A stretch of DNA of 64,000 bases from Octopus sinensis (taxonomy: Eukaryota): contig NC_043013.1 in NCBI RefSeq assembly GCF_006345805.1, forward strand, positions 39,246,001 to 39,310,000, given 5' to 3'. Each line of letters begins with the position of its first letter. Within the stretch, counting starts at the first letter, position 1. Both the position numbers and the translations under genes were made by a program. Positions 12,829 through 26,690 of this stretch are shown here, in pieces. The notes under the pieces are model-generated. The model ran no database searches. It had not been told where the DNA came from and saw nothing but the letters and a program-made list of their open reading frames with translations.

Positions 12829-14757
12829 CTGTAATAATGTAATAAAAGATATAAATGTTATTCATTTAAATGAGAAGTACTGTAAGGTATTGTAGTAAAC
12901 ATGGTATGCAGCTAGATTTTATTACAAACACAGCCATATCTATAGATGTCTCAAGATGTCTGACTCACCTTTCCGTCACAAAATATAACTTACCTAACTT
13001 AGGTAAGTTATATTTTTTTACTTAGTTTATTCTGCTCCTTTAAGATAAGAATTACAACCGCAATTGTGAAGATATTCTTCACATTAATGTTTGTAATTCT
13101 TATCGTAAAGATGAAAATATGTCAAACAATTGGTACTATTTCGATTCAGCTCTCTTATATTCCATTTGGTCGGGCAGCACGAGACATCAGACCAGCGGGA
13201 TAGGCAAAAAGCAGAACATGATTAGCATATTCTTCTAGGAAAATCGAGCAGCCCGACGAAATTGTGTCCAAACAGAACACATACCATGTAGTAAAGATTG
13301 TTTACCAACATAACATGGCAGTCCCAGTTTAGGACTAATGTTGCAATTTAGCCTCAGGAGACATCGTCTCCAGCTGGCTATACGACACGATCTGGGAAAT
13401 AACCCAGAAATCGAGATACACAGATATTGTTTTTGAGCTGAGTGGTGGTGCTAGATTCCCTTGTTCGAAAATATAAGGACACATATCGTGTCGTATAGCT
13501 AGCTGGAGTCGATGTCTCCTGGGGCTAAATTACAGCAACATTAGTCCTAAACCAGGACTGCCATGTTACGCTGGCAAACAATCTTTACTACAAAGTACTG
13601 TGACTGAATATCTCACGTTGTGAGATTTAGAAACAGCAATCTTCTAAGGGTACATACCAGTTTCTGAGTATTGTCTTTGGTTGGATACGAAATTCGAACA
13701 ATGATAACTCATAATGTTGTGAAGCAACCTGGAACCGAATGAGTTCTGACGGCTTCGAAGTGCTCAGAACAGCGTCCAAGCTTCGCAACCGTTGAGCAAG
13801 AGAAGGAGTACAAACGACCTAAAGACCCGCACATTTGACCTCCTACTCAGACATTTGAAGCGTCAATCTCCCTTGCCCAGTGAGTCCCCAACTGCACCAA
13901 TAGGTCAAAATATTTTGAAGACTTCGGACACGCAGATAATTCTGCTATGAATCACACTGCTGAGATAACTGAAGCAGTCGACAACTTCGACGTCCTTTCC
14001 TGCAACAGAAGGACAAGATGGAGTCTCACAGGAAGCCAACGAAACATTGGCTCTTCTTGAGCCAAGAAACTCTCAGATCGAGTTTTCGTTTCCTCACACA
14101 GTGAAAGAAAAGCACATTTTTAGTTATTTAGACACTCAACAAGAATAAGCACACTATCTAGGCCAGTAATCCTAGTTTCACAATATATACGTCATTAATC
14201 TTAGCTTTACCAATGAATATTCCATTCGGTCAATTATCCAGTCCTTGCAGAGTTTGAAGCGAGCGGGATTCGAACCACAACCGTGACGGACCCCAGATCT
14301 AACTCGGAAAAAAACAGATGATGAGCAACCAATCCGAACCCTTCTCACAGCTTCAGTTTAACACACCGCTGCTGGCCCAACCATTCTTGCATGTATTCCT
14401 AGCAGTTCCCCAAACTCCATAACATATTCCTGTCCATCAAGAGAAACGCCATACAGCAGTGGATATATGCTGCATGCGGCCCTCGCCGAAAACTTTGCCT
14501 ACGTTTGATGAGAACTGGAAAAAGTAGTTACAAAAACCTGCTTGTTTTAATGGGTACCCTTACAGCTCCTACCTTCTGTATAATTCCTGCGATCATTCCC
14601 TAACAAAACAGGCGTCTACGACGAGCAGGGAAAGGAACAACTATGTTGTTTCTATTAAAATTTGAGATTACGTAGACATTATCTCACGTAGGATATGGAC
14701 AGTTCCCATGAGCACTATCTTTTGAATTTCTGCCATTTTGGGGTTCCTGGTATCTGA

Positions 14758-14936
<179 letters not shown>

Positions 14937-14942
14937 ATTTAC

Positions 14943-15197
14943 CAGATTTACCAGATTTGGACTGATAGAAGTCCGCATTTGAGGTTGTTATTAATCTGTG
15001 TGTTGCTGCCGTTACGTTATAAAGTTCACATGTCTCATTTGAGTGGTAGAATACGAATGAATCACACTCATCTTCCAGGCAACACAATCCTGCACACATT
15101 TCGCTATCGTTCACCTGTCTCTTCTGAAAGTAACCTCTCTCAATTGTAGTGTTGGGGACTTTGATAAATTTACTTCGATTATAATATGACTCGTCAC
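14943..15197 (-). CDS. Gene X exon C' (diverged duplicate of exon C; …CAGLCCLEDECDSFVFYHSNETCELYNVT…)
   Basis: Same 255-nt length and splice sites as exon C, open frame, PAN Cys pattern. Confidence 0.85.
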
Positions 15198-15840
15198 CTT
15201 TGTAAGAAATATAATAAAATGAAACATTGAATACGTAAAACTGAAGAAATCCTGATAAGATAGAAATATAATGGGAAATGTTATGTGTTTTGCAGTCATA
15301 GTTTGTCACTGATTTAATATATACGAAAGCAAGGCGGCGAGCTGGCTGAAACGTTAGCACGCCAGGCGAAATGCGTAGCCGTATTTCGACTGCCGCTACG
15401 TTCCGTGTTCAAATTCCGCCGAGGTCGACTTTGCCTTTCATCCATTCGGGGTCGATTAAATAAGTACCAGTTACGCACTGAGGTCGATATAATCGACTTA
15501 ATCCGTTTGTCTGTCCTTGTTTGTCCTCTCTGTGTTTAGTCCCTTGCGGGTAGTAAAGAAATAGGTATTTCGTCTGCCGCTACGTTCTGAGTTCAAATTC
15601 CGCCGAATTTGACATTGCCTTTCATCCTTTCGGGGTCGATTAAATAAGTACCAGTTACGCACTGGGGTCGATATAATCGACTTAATACGTTTGTCTGTCC
15701 TTGTTTGTCCTCTCTAGGACAAGTCCGACACTTATTCTATCGTTATCTGTTACCGAACCTCTAAGTTTCAGGTACGCAAGCAAAGCAGCAAGCGGTGGTG
15801 GAGGACAAACTCGTATACAAAGACATACGCATGCACACAG

Positions 15841-15876
<36 letters not shown>

Positions 15877-17251
15877 GCATGCACACTCACCCCATGCACA
15901 CACCCACACCCACACACATATAAGTACGGCAAGGATTATGGCAGATCATGGAGGGACTCGGTTGTAAACCAAAGTTCCTGAAAATGCACGAAGACCTGTG
16001 CTGCGAAATCAGACTCAGCATTAACCTCTGAGTAACTTCCCCAATCTTGATGATACCGTCTTGATGACAGCCTGTATGCCTGACGACTGTATGCCCATAT
16101 GAAGACCCTGGAACAACTGATCTAAGACTTCCTGTTTGCCGACGATGTTACCCTTTTTGTCCACATAGGAAGAGCCTTGCAATATATTCCTTCAAGCTTC
16201 ACAGAAACTGCCCAGTTCTTTCAGCTGGAAGTCAGCTTAAGGAAGACGTAGGTACTCCACCAGCCTGCACCTCGAGAAGAGTACCACCCTCCACATATCC
16301 TCATTAGCGAGATTGAATTGAAAAGGGTCTATCATTTTACCTATCTGGGATGCACCATCACGCCAGAGACCAACATCCACAGAGAAATCGACGACAGAGT
16401 TGCGAAGGCGAAAAGTGTATTTGATTTGAACATAGAAACGCGTGTGGTACAATAAACACATGAAAAAGGCATCAAGATCAACATTTACAGAGCCAGTCAT
16501 GGTTCTTACAACCCTCCCATATGGTTCGGACTCGTGGGTCACTTATCGCTACCATCTACGACTCCTTGAGCGCTTCCAACAGCGTTGCCTCCGCACCATC
16601 CTCAACATCCACTGGAGAGATTTCTTCACCAATGTAGAAATCCTTAAACAAGTAGAGTTCATCAGCGTTAAGGTTACACGGCCGAAGTCGCAGCTACGCT
16701 GGACAGGCCGTTTCTCCTGAATGACTCATCGCCTGCTCAAGATCACGCACTACGATAAACTTTCCACTGGTCATTGAGATAGAGGTGCACCAAAGAAGCG
16801 ATACAAGGACAGTTTGAAAAAAATTCTTGGATGCCTGTCAAATCGACTATCGCCCGTGGTATACCCATGACGAGCACCGTAGCGTCTGGAGTCTTTTAGC
16901 AACTATGCTGTCTGTTCTTTCGAAAGCACTCCAACACAGACACACACATAGACATACTCAAACACATACACATAACAACACACATATTCAATTACATATA
17001 TAGATATTCATAGAAAGAAAGGTTAATATATAGTTTTACATACCTACTCCACAACATATCACGAAGAGATATAACGCTGGAATTAGAAGAGAAAAAAATT
17101 ATACTTTACGCTATCCTTCATTTTTAATTCTTTTTTACTAAACATGGCAATATTTCACTCAGATGCGGAAAGACAGCATCTAATATATTCTTGATGTATC
17201 TGAAACGCTTTGGCGAAAAAAGCGAATGTTTTCCTCGGTTCAAAAACTTAC

Positions 17252-17277
17252 CCAGAATGCATGCAACAAATGGGAGG
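17252..17277 (-). CDS. Candidate 26-nt hydrophobic mini-exon (LPFVACIL-G), phase 2 to 1
   Basis: ttccttagcag acceptor and GTAAGT donor. The phase would link the 17849-17990 exon to exon C'. The paralog at 54488-54513 would need a GC donor, so this call is uncertain. Confidence 0.35.
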
Positions 17278-17848
17278 CTGCTAAGGAACGAGAGGGCCAA
17301 TTGGTGAAATTAAACCGGTTTGAAACTGTAAGTCTTCCGCCCACGAAAAATGAGTTAATTGCCTGATAGGTTTGCGCATAGATTTCCTCTAATTTAAGCT
17401 CATTGAAAGGGTTTGTTTGACTCAAGGCTGTTGTAGAATTTACTTTTGTAAGATGTCAAACAGCTGACTCGCACCAGGGACAACTTATTTGTGAACAGAA
17501 CTTTGAAACCATACAACGCCACCTGCAGCTCTATAGAAGTCACCAGATCAAATAAGCTATTACATTAGTAATAAAACGCTGCTTCTAGAAACCACGATGA
17601 CACCAATGTGGCCATTACACAATCTACAACCTAATGTATTAGCCACAAACCATTTCATTCAAAGGCCTAAAAGTTAATACAAATGTGAGAAATCATGATC
17701 TCTGGTACTTTCTCATGGCACCCTCACATATATAGTATAGCAAAACTTGCATGAAAAAGACTAGGCCTCCGCTTTAGTAACATAATATATGAACAGTTGC
17801 TGACTATCTACAAAGTACTAGTCCGATACACATTAGGGTGTTACTCAC

Positions 17849-17990
17849 CGATCTATTGTTCCTGATACAATACTTAATATCCTTGTCAGAACATCACAGG
17901 GAAGTATCAGGAAATTGTTTGGTAAAATATGCTTTACAAAACACACGTCAATCATAGTTTCACAGTATAACGTTTCTTCATTCTCTCCCA
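17849..17990 (-). CDS. Candidate upstream exon of gene X (…LYCETMIDVCFVKHILPNNFLILPCDVLTRILSIVSGTID), phase 1 to 2
   Basis: GTGAGT donor and open frame. The paralog at 55086-55230 differs by a frame-preserving 3-nt indel. Acceptor and start codon are not certain. Confidence 0.45.
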
Positions 17991-18423
17991 CTGTGCCCGA
18001 AATATAACAGCATGTTCCACTGAAAATTGCAGGCTGTTGATTTCGCTGCAACAATCCAAAGTACCGCCTTTCTTTCATTTTGTTATTTCTATTGTGTTTC
18101 TCCATTCAAATGCCGTACAAAAGTCATTTCACCCGCTGGAATTTCCGAACAATCCACGTACAATTGCAGACATCAATAGACAAAATTTTGAAAGTTGAAT
18201 TTTAACTGTATATATCTCATCAGCTTGGTATAGCGTAAAAATACAAAGTGCGCCGTCACTCTAGCAACAACATAACAGTAATAATAGAAAAACTAACTGA
18301 ATCCCCAGAAACCTTAACTCCACCGCCAACGCACTACTGTATTATATAGTAGTCAATGCGACACCAGCATACTAATACATTATCTAAATGTTATAGCAGC
18401 AACAACAACAAACAACCACAGAG

Positions 18424-18499
<76 letters not shown>

Positions 18500-18500
<1 letters not shown>

Positions 18501-18665
18501 GGTGTAGGAGTGACTGTGTGGTAAGTAGCTTGCTTACGAACCACATGGTTCCGGGTTCAGTCCCACTGCGTGGCACCTTGGGTTAGTGTCTACTGCTATA
18601 GCCTCGGGCCGACCAAAGCTTTGTGAGTGGATTTGGTAGATGGAAACTGAAAGAAGCCCGTCGTA

Positions 18666-18744
<79 letters not shown>

Positions 18745-18935
18745 ATATGTTTGTGTGTCTGTGTTTGTCCCCCTAACATCGCATGACAACCGATACTGGT
18801 ATATTTGTGTCCCTGGCAAAAGCGACGATAGAATAAGTACTAGGCTTCCTAAGAATAAGTCCTGGGGTCCGATTTGCTCGACTAAAGGCGGTGCTCCAGC
18901 ATGGCCACAATCAAATGACTGAAACAAGTAAAAGA
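18500..18935 (+). mobile_element. Second tRNA-derived SINE family, interrupted and flanked by (TA)n
   Basis: gctgtgtggtaagtagc…ccgggttcagtccc head and gtggcaccttggg core. Relatives at ~10375-10830, 33590-33740 and 46140-46270. Confidence 0.8.
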
Positions 18936-18944
18936 GTAAAAAGA

Positions 18945-18994
<50 letters not shown>

Positions 18995-19198
18995 ATATGT
19001 TACAATTACTCAATAGTCAAGATAAAACTCTGAGTTTCAGATGCCGAAGTGGAAATCCACAACACAATCTCTTTGGTTATCTGGCCATCTGAAAAACTTG
19101 ACTATTGAGTAATTGTAACATATTATTTTATAGATAAATTTCCTCTATTTACATAATATTGAGGTCTCTTTCTCTCTTTTGTTATCTTACCGTTTTTA

Positions 19199-19235
<37 letters not shown>

Positions 19236-19406
19236 GAATGAATGGCCAAACGAAGGAAGGGTAGTCAATCATTTTATTGGGAGTTAAATGGACCGCCATG
19301 TTGATTCGTTAGCTCCTGCACGCACTTTTTCTCTCCTTTTTTTTCTCCCCTTTTTTTCTGACCTTTTTTTCTGTCCTTGTTTCTCTCCGTGTTTCTTTTC
19401 TGTGTA

Positions 19407-19444
19407 TCTTTCTGTTGAAGAGCATAGGCTCGAAACGTAAAAGA
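19407..19444 (+). ncRNA. Minimal PLE-type hammerhead motif with mutated A6
   Basis: TCTTT/AAAGA stem I, CTGTTGA core, GAGC-ATAG-GCTC stem II, GAAACGTA. Confidence 0.6.
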
Positions 19445-19540
19445 CTTGTTTTATTTCTATTCCTGAGCGCCATACTAATACAATTGTTTGTTTGTACTCC
19501 ATCTGCCTTCGTCTTTTGTTTATTTTCGTAAAGCTACCTG

Positions 19541-19584
<44 letters not shown>

Positions 19585-20515
19585 ATCAAAACAGTTTGAT
19601 TCATATTCGTTGGTACTCTTGAATGTCAAGCGCAATGCTAGTCGTCGGCCATTGAGTAGCATCGCGCTTGAAACTCAAGCGCACCAACGGATTTGAATCA
19701 AACTGTTTTGATCCATACATTTAACTCCCAATAAACTGGTTGACTACCCTTCCTTCGTTTGACCATTCATTGTTACACTTTGTAAAAGATGTTTTGATGA
19801 TATATCTGTTAATTCAGGGATGAGCTGGAATTAAACAACAAACAAGTAATCTATAATTCACACACAACAGATTCAAACTCATATGTAATATTGTCCCCTA
19901 TTTTTTATTTCGTATTTTCTCTTGATTTCTTCAATCCACCAATGAAATATTGATGCAATAAATCCCCACGTGCGAGTTCTTCGGTGCCAATGTCCTTTTA
20001 TTATTTAGTTTCGGCAATTGGCAATGCTCTTTTGAACTAACAAATTCCTTACAACAACTATCTTGGGAGCCCACAGTTTTCGGACATCATTACTAACGGC
20101 TTCAATTTTGCAGTATCGCCAGCATCTCTAATTCTCTAATTTATGATGCTATATTTGGGAAGAGACATGAGTTATAAAGCCTATGGAAAAAAACCCCTCA
20201 AATGTTGTTACTTGTCTATGCTCTTTTTCTAAATATCATATAAAATTATATTTCGTGAGACCAACTTCCTCCATGGGTGTCTATTTTCTCTTTTAAATGT
20301 TAGGCATAGATTCAGATCAAAATTCTTGCCAAACAAATTCAAGATTTAAAAAGAAAGATTAATGTAGATTAATTTCACTATGTCTGAAAAAAAAAAAGAT
20401 TGGATGGTGACTTGTGATTTGATTTAGATTATATGACGGATGGGTCAAATCTGATAAGAACATTAACAAAAACAGCAACAGCAATATTCTCTAATAAAAA
20501 TAAAAGTGAACTTAC

Positions 20516-20561
20516 CAAAATATAATACAAAATGTATCTTCATATTCATCGTTGGTTGCAT
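20516..20561 (-). CDS. Candidate ATG exon of gene X (MQPTMNMKIHFVLYF), phase-1 GTAAGT donor
   Basis: Nearly identical 46-nt reading frame and donor at 58544-58589. Resembles the start of a signal peptide. Confidence 0.4.
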
Positions 20562-20736
20562 TTCACTGATAAAAATGACATAATCTCAACAAGAATCCAG
20601 TTTATATATACTTCTTTTCTCTGAACCCCCTTCTCTGCCATCACCTTCCATGATACGCTCACATTTATAGTATTTTTATGTTTCCATACGTATATGCATA
20701 CACACACATGCATGAATATATATATATGTATGTATA

Positions 20737-20833
<97 letters not shown>

Positions 20834-21256
20834 GAGAGGGAGAGAGAGAGAGAGAGAGACTTAAATAAGCTTACATAGATAATTAATATCAAGCCAAAGA
20901 TCTTCCGAAAGTATTGCTGTAATTTCTCGCTTAACTGAACATGGTTCATCTATATATGTATATACATACACATACATATATGTGTGAGTGCTTGTATGTG
21001 TGTGTATATATATATATATGTGTGTATGTACATACGTATACTTATATATATATTTCCTCTATTTACATAATATTGAGGTCTCTTTCTTTCTTTTGTTATC
21101 TTGCCGTTTTTGCCAATATATATATACACGTATATATGTATATGTCTATATTTATCTATCTATCTACCTAACTACCTATCTCTCTATATACACACATATA
21201 TATATATATATGTGTGTGTATGTCTGTGTGTGTGTGTGTGAGTGCGTATATACAAA

Positions 21257-21308
<52 letters not shown>

Positions 21309-21449
21309 TTATTACGATTATTGCTTGTAAGTTAACCCTTCATTAATCAAAGAATTGATCTCTTTACCTTCGCTGCCTTTATATTACAAAATATACTTTG
21401 TCCTATGTAAGGGATATATTTGATTTTTTTTCCTGTAAGTACACATATA

Positions 21450-21661
21450 TTATTCTATATATGAGTGGGTGTTGAAAACTTCGAGGCTTTTAGTAAAAAA
21501 CGATAAAGAAGGATCAATTAATTATTTCCCTCTCAGATTCACACACTTATTGCAACAGTCCTTAAGTTTCCCTGAGCTTGCAGAACTCGTAAGGTTGGGC
21601 TCCAACCAGGCCTTTCACGATATTCTAAAGGTAGGAAATTTTCTGCACCCCTTCGTGCGTT

Positions 21662-21712
<51 letters not shown>

Positions 21713-21790
21713 GATGGACCTTCCCTTGGAAAATGATGTATCGGTGTTCACCTTTTTGCCGATCGATTTGCACAATCTAGGGGAAGGAAA
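21450..21790 (-). mobile_element. Mariner 3' remnant (related piece at ~27720-28145)
   Basis: The minus strand gives a mariner-like C-terminus (…KL.DCCNKCV.L.G..) next to a TIR-like end. Confidence 0.5.
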
Positions 21791-22329
21791 GCTCTGATAT
21801 AAAACCAGGTTATTGATTGCTGATTGTCTGTTTATTTGATGAGCACTATCAGCATATACTTACTCATCTCACAGAGCAGCCTGGGCTCTGTAACGTTTGA
21901 GCAACGAGGCCAAGGGAAGGCCGCTCTGATCTCAAATCTACGATCAATTTAGCATCCGATACGTAGCATACTGTGCACCAGTACTGTTAAATGCTTTTTT
22001 GATGGAGAAAGCGTGCATTGTGTTGCTGAATCAATGACCACTATGAGCAAAACCATGTGCAGGTAGTTTAGTAAAATGATATCAGCAAATACCAGCATAA
22101 TGTTTGGATGGAGAGAGTGTACTTCCGCCCTAAGAAAAAGAAAAATCCTATGACAATGAAGGGATAGGGATGGGAACAGGTGAAGGATATCACTGGAAGT
22201 TCTAGCTTGAACTTTGCACATATGTGGTGAAAGATAGACGGCCGCATCTGCGGGTAATTGTGTAATTCGTGTCCTCCTTTCACAACAAAGCAGCCCTGTT
22301 TAGGATGACACTGATTTCCTTCTATGGAA

Positions 22330-24860
22330 GAGGGATCAAGAAAATGCGATCCAAAAATTGTTTACTCGCATTGCTTCTTGTCATTAGGTGCAAATGACTG
22401 GGCACCCAAACTTACACCAGAAAATTAAGCAAATTGAAAACGAAAATCCTTTTTATTGCATTTTGGAATGTGAGAACTCTTCAGGGCACCAAAAATAATA
22501 TAGAACGTAGGAACGATTTGGTTGCCCGTATCTTGAAGGAAAAATATATCGAAATAGCAACTCTTTCAGAAGCCAGATTAGAGAAATGTGGTCAGCTATA
22601 AGAAGGTGATGGTGGATACAGTTTTTGTTATAGATGGGTAAGCCTCCGGAAGTAAAGAAAGAGGCAGGTGTTGGGTTTGCTATTCGGAATGACTTCGTGA
22701 AAGAACTTGAATCTTTGCCTGTTAGCTTTAGTAAGACTCGTGTCATTGCGCACGTACGTTAGTAAAATTAAATATGCTACTATTTTCAGCTGCTTTGCTC
22801 GAACCTTGAACTCAAAGTAGTCAAAGAGCAATTTTACTCTGAGCTACGTAGCTTGTTGAGAGATGTCTCCATCCATTATAAACGTCTCCTTCTAGATTTC
22901 AATGAACACGTAGGTTGTGATATATCACATGTGGGGTGACATAATAAGGAAGCATGGTGTTGGCAATGCAAATTCAAACGGCCATCTACTGCTATCGCTT
23001 TGCAGTGTGTATGGCGTTTTGGTAACCAATAATATTTTTCAACTCCCCAACTACAACAAAACTACCTGGAAGTATCCCCGATCAAACCATGATGACCTCA
23101 TTCCTTACATAACTGTGAGATCTTCTATGAAGGAACATGTCCAAGTAACAAGTTCTTTCTCTATTGGGGAATGTTGATCCGACCATTGACTGATACGATC
23201 AAATATAAATTTCACTATCCGCAACCCTATTCATTACAATCGTACTCAGTCAATTTGAAAAGTGGATGTGACAAAGCTGAGGAAAAATGACAATTTAACC
23301 ACATTTCAAACATCCTGCGACGACAAATTTGCTGGCATTTCAGACAACACAAATAGAGAATCAATCAGCGTGGCCTGCAATTAAAAATGCAGTATTTGAG
23401 TCATCTTGTGAAACAGTCAGGTATGTTAAGAGGGAGCAACAAGATGGGTTCGACTCAAATGATCCAAACATCTCTCCTCTTTTGGATAATATGTCCAAGT
23501 GCCACAATCAATGGACCTCAAATAAAAATAATGCCACAAAACGTTACGAGTTTAAAAGGGACAGAAATAAATGCCAATCTCAAATGAGGCAAATGAAATA
23601 GACATGCCAAAAAAGGCACAAGAACTGCAGGATGCAGGTCATTCTATCAGGATTTAAAGGGTGTTTTGGACCTGAGTCTGGTGTCTCAACTTCCATACAT
23701 TCAACTGAGGGTAATTTTCTGACAGATATATAAAAAAAGAGATCACGAAGCGCTGGGCAGAGCATTTTTCAAATGTTCTGAATATGGGCTCAATTGTTGA
23801 TGAAGAACTGATTGTCAACCTACTGCAGAGGCCTGTCCTTGAAGAATTGTCAGTTGTTCCATCAAATGCTGAGATAAAGAAATATCATAAAACAGCTAAC
23901 AAATGGAAAGTCGTCTGGGAACGATAGCATACCAGCCGAGAAATATGAATGTGGTAGCAGTCTCCAGCTGAGCAAGTTATGTGAACTCTTCTCTTTAATC
24001 TGAAAATCAGGAATAGTCCCACGGGAGTTTAAAGACACTTTATAAGCACGAAGGAAACAAATGCGAATGTTGCAACCATAGTGGTATCTTCCTTTTGTGT
24101 ATTGCAGGGAAGATCCTTGGAAAGGTTATCTCAGACTAAATGAATACCTTGACGGCTTGATGTTGCCTGAATCTCAGTGTGGATCTAGGGCTGGTAGAGG
24201 CACAGTGGATATGATTTCTAGTCAGAGACAGCTGCAGGAAAAGGCTCGTGAGCACAATTGAGACCTTTTCGTTACTTTTGTAGATCTAACTTAAGGTTTC
24301 GACACCGTATCTAGAATGCTCTTTGGGTGGTCTTTAGAAAACCGGATGTTCCCGATAAGATGCTCAATGTCATTTCTTTCCAACAGAGGACGATGGTTTT
24401 TGTTAGATCTAGTGGGGAAGTGTCCGATTCATTCACGCTGTGTTCTTATTCGCATTGTATTCCTCCGTCATGTTGGAAACAGCGTTCGAGAGTGTTAAAG
24501 AGGGAGTAAAGTTTGAGTACAGAACTAGTACTGGCTTGTTCAACCGACAGTGCTTCAAAGCAAAACCATTGGTGCAATCAGTTCGTGATTTGCTCTTCGC
24601 AGACGATTTTGCACTTGTAGCACACACTCTTGGGGACATGCAATGGATTCTAAACAACTTCTCGCGTGCATCGAGGACTTTTGGTTTGATCATCAGCATC
24701 AAGAGAACCGAGCTTGTCTATCAGCCCATTCGTGACCATCATCCTGCTGTTGCTCTGACTGTATGTGTTGATGGTAAAAGATTGAAAATTGTTTCCTCCT
24801 TCACTTATCTTGGTTCTATTGCGTCATTGTGGTTTTATGGCACAATGAAGCAAAGTAGGC
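22330..24860 (+). mobile_element. Long decayed RTE-BovB-like LINE (APE and RT)
   Basis: GVGFAI, NSNGHLLLSLC…LVTNNIFQLP…KTTW.YP, PESQCG.RAGRGT.DMI, DLLFADD and FTYLGS motifs, with many stops and frameshifts. Confidence 0.85.
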
Positions 24861-25523
24861 CTAGCCGTCCACTCAAAGAAAGCGCATCGTAAATGATCGA
24901 CAATAATTCAAGCAAACTGAGTCCTCAAAATTCTCATTTGTTGTTCATGACAAAAGAATACAAAACACATGCACACACACACACATACATATATATACAT
25001 ATATACCTACACGTCTATATATATATATATATATATACATTATTGAAAAGTTTTAAAAATGAAAAGATTCAATGGATATAAATTAATTTTTAAATAATAA
25101 ATGTTGCCTACAATTGTTTCACTACATACCCATTTTAAATTGTAAAACATATATAATAATATAAGTTTACATATTGGCTATCTTCAGGGCAAAACGGACA
25201 TTGCGGAGTTTTCATTTCGATCAGTTGTAATACTCCTACAAACTAAGCAGACGAAAGCGTGTTTATTGTGTATGGATATATATCTGTGTGTGTGTGTGTG
25301 TGTGTGTGTGCATGCGGTAATATTTTGATTTTTTAATACAATAATAATAATAATAATAATAATGAAAATAATGAAATATATTAATAATAAAATAAATAAA
25401 ATTAAAATTAAATAAAAGTTTTTTTTACAAAACATGGATGTCATATCCATCGTCCATTTTAGTTTATGCGTGAGTGTATGTTCGTGTGTCTATATGTGTG
25501 CTCGTAGGTGTATATGTACATTT

Positions 25524-25559
<36 letters not shown>

Positions 25560-25564
<5 letters not shown>

Positions 25565-25868
25565 ATCACGTGACCGACCAGGCTATCAGATGCTGGCATA
25601 CATCGCTGGTCACAATGCGCGTCGCATTGTTTAAGCCTTCAAATGACGCCATCCCGCTGGCTAAGCGAGCAGGCCAACAGAAGAAACAGTGAGAGAAAGT
25701 TGTGGCGAAAGAGTACAGCAGGGATCGCCACCACCCCCTGTCGGTGCCTCGTGGAGCTTTAGGTGTTTTCGCTCAATAAACATTCACAACGCCTGGTCTG
25801 GGAATCGAAACCGCGATCCTACGACCGCGAGTCCGCTGCCCTAACCACTGGGCCACTGCGCCTTCACA
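25560..25868 (-). mobile_element. Third tRNA-derived SINE family
   Basis: Minus-strand TGGCCCAGTGGTTAGG A box and GGTTTCGATTCCC B box. Partial copies at 60610-60715 and ~62399-62490. Confidence 0.75.
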
Positions 25869-25917
25869 CATATATATATATATATATATACATACATATA
25901 ATCTACACACACACACA

Positions 25918-25965
<48 letters not shown>

Positions 25966-26159
25966 CATACATAGATATTTACATAAGCTTACATAGATCA
26001 TTAAGATCTATCTTAAAATCTTTCGCAGGTATTACTGTAATTTCTCGCTCAACTGAACATGGTTCATCTATAGATATATGTATGCTTGTTTGTGTGATGT
26101 ACATACATACATTCAAATATGCACACGCATATACAGACTCACAAATATGCATGTCTGTA

Positions 26160-26690
26160 TACGAGGGTGTTCATTAAAGATTCCCTCTGACACACTTCCG
26201 GTTATTGCAGGAAACAGAACTTGTACACGTATAATTATACATGTCTCTAGATGTTAAATGCAAATTGCAGCTTTCCACTTGCACTCGTTTGTCTTTTACG
26301 GCTACTAAAGTGGAATATGGTGTTATAAGGGAGGCAGGGGAATGCAGATCAGTGAGCAAGTTCTTATACTTGAAAGGTCGCACACCAAAAGAGACTTTCG
26401 ATGAGATGTAAAAAAGTTTATGGTGACGATGCACCATCATACGACGTAGTTAAGCACTGGCATCACCAGTTCAAATGTGGGCGGATATCGGTAGAAACTG
26501 CTCCTATTCCTGGACGACCACATTCTGCCATTGATGACGACACCATCTATAAAGTGGAAGCCGCCATTTTGGAAGATCGCCGCATAACTATTCGGCAACT
26601 AGCCCAAGAAGTGAGATAAGTGTAGGGTCCGTGAGAAAAATCATCCACTACCATTTGCACATGCTGTAGATTATCTCAGTAACTATGGGA
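26160..26690 (+). mobile_element. Mariner 5' remnant (TIR and transposase HTH)
   Basis: TACGAGGG TIR start. VYGDDAPSY..VK.W..QFK.GR.SVE..P.PGRP…EDRRITIRQLA. Confidence 0.85.

Noticed and set aside
19880-20160. Conserved block (vs 57400-57650) with short matching ORFs
   Set aside because: Two different frames look equally conserved and both hit stops. Similarity is no higher than paralogous intron background.
20875-20949. Apparent 10 replacement to 0 silent changes between the two 75-nt blocks
   Set aside because: The result depends on frame. In the alternative frame four changes are silent, so it is not evidence of positive selection.
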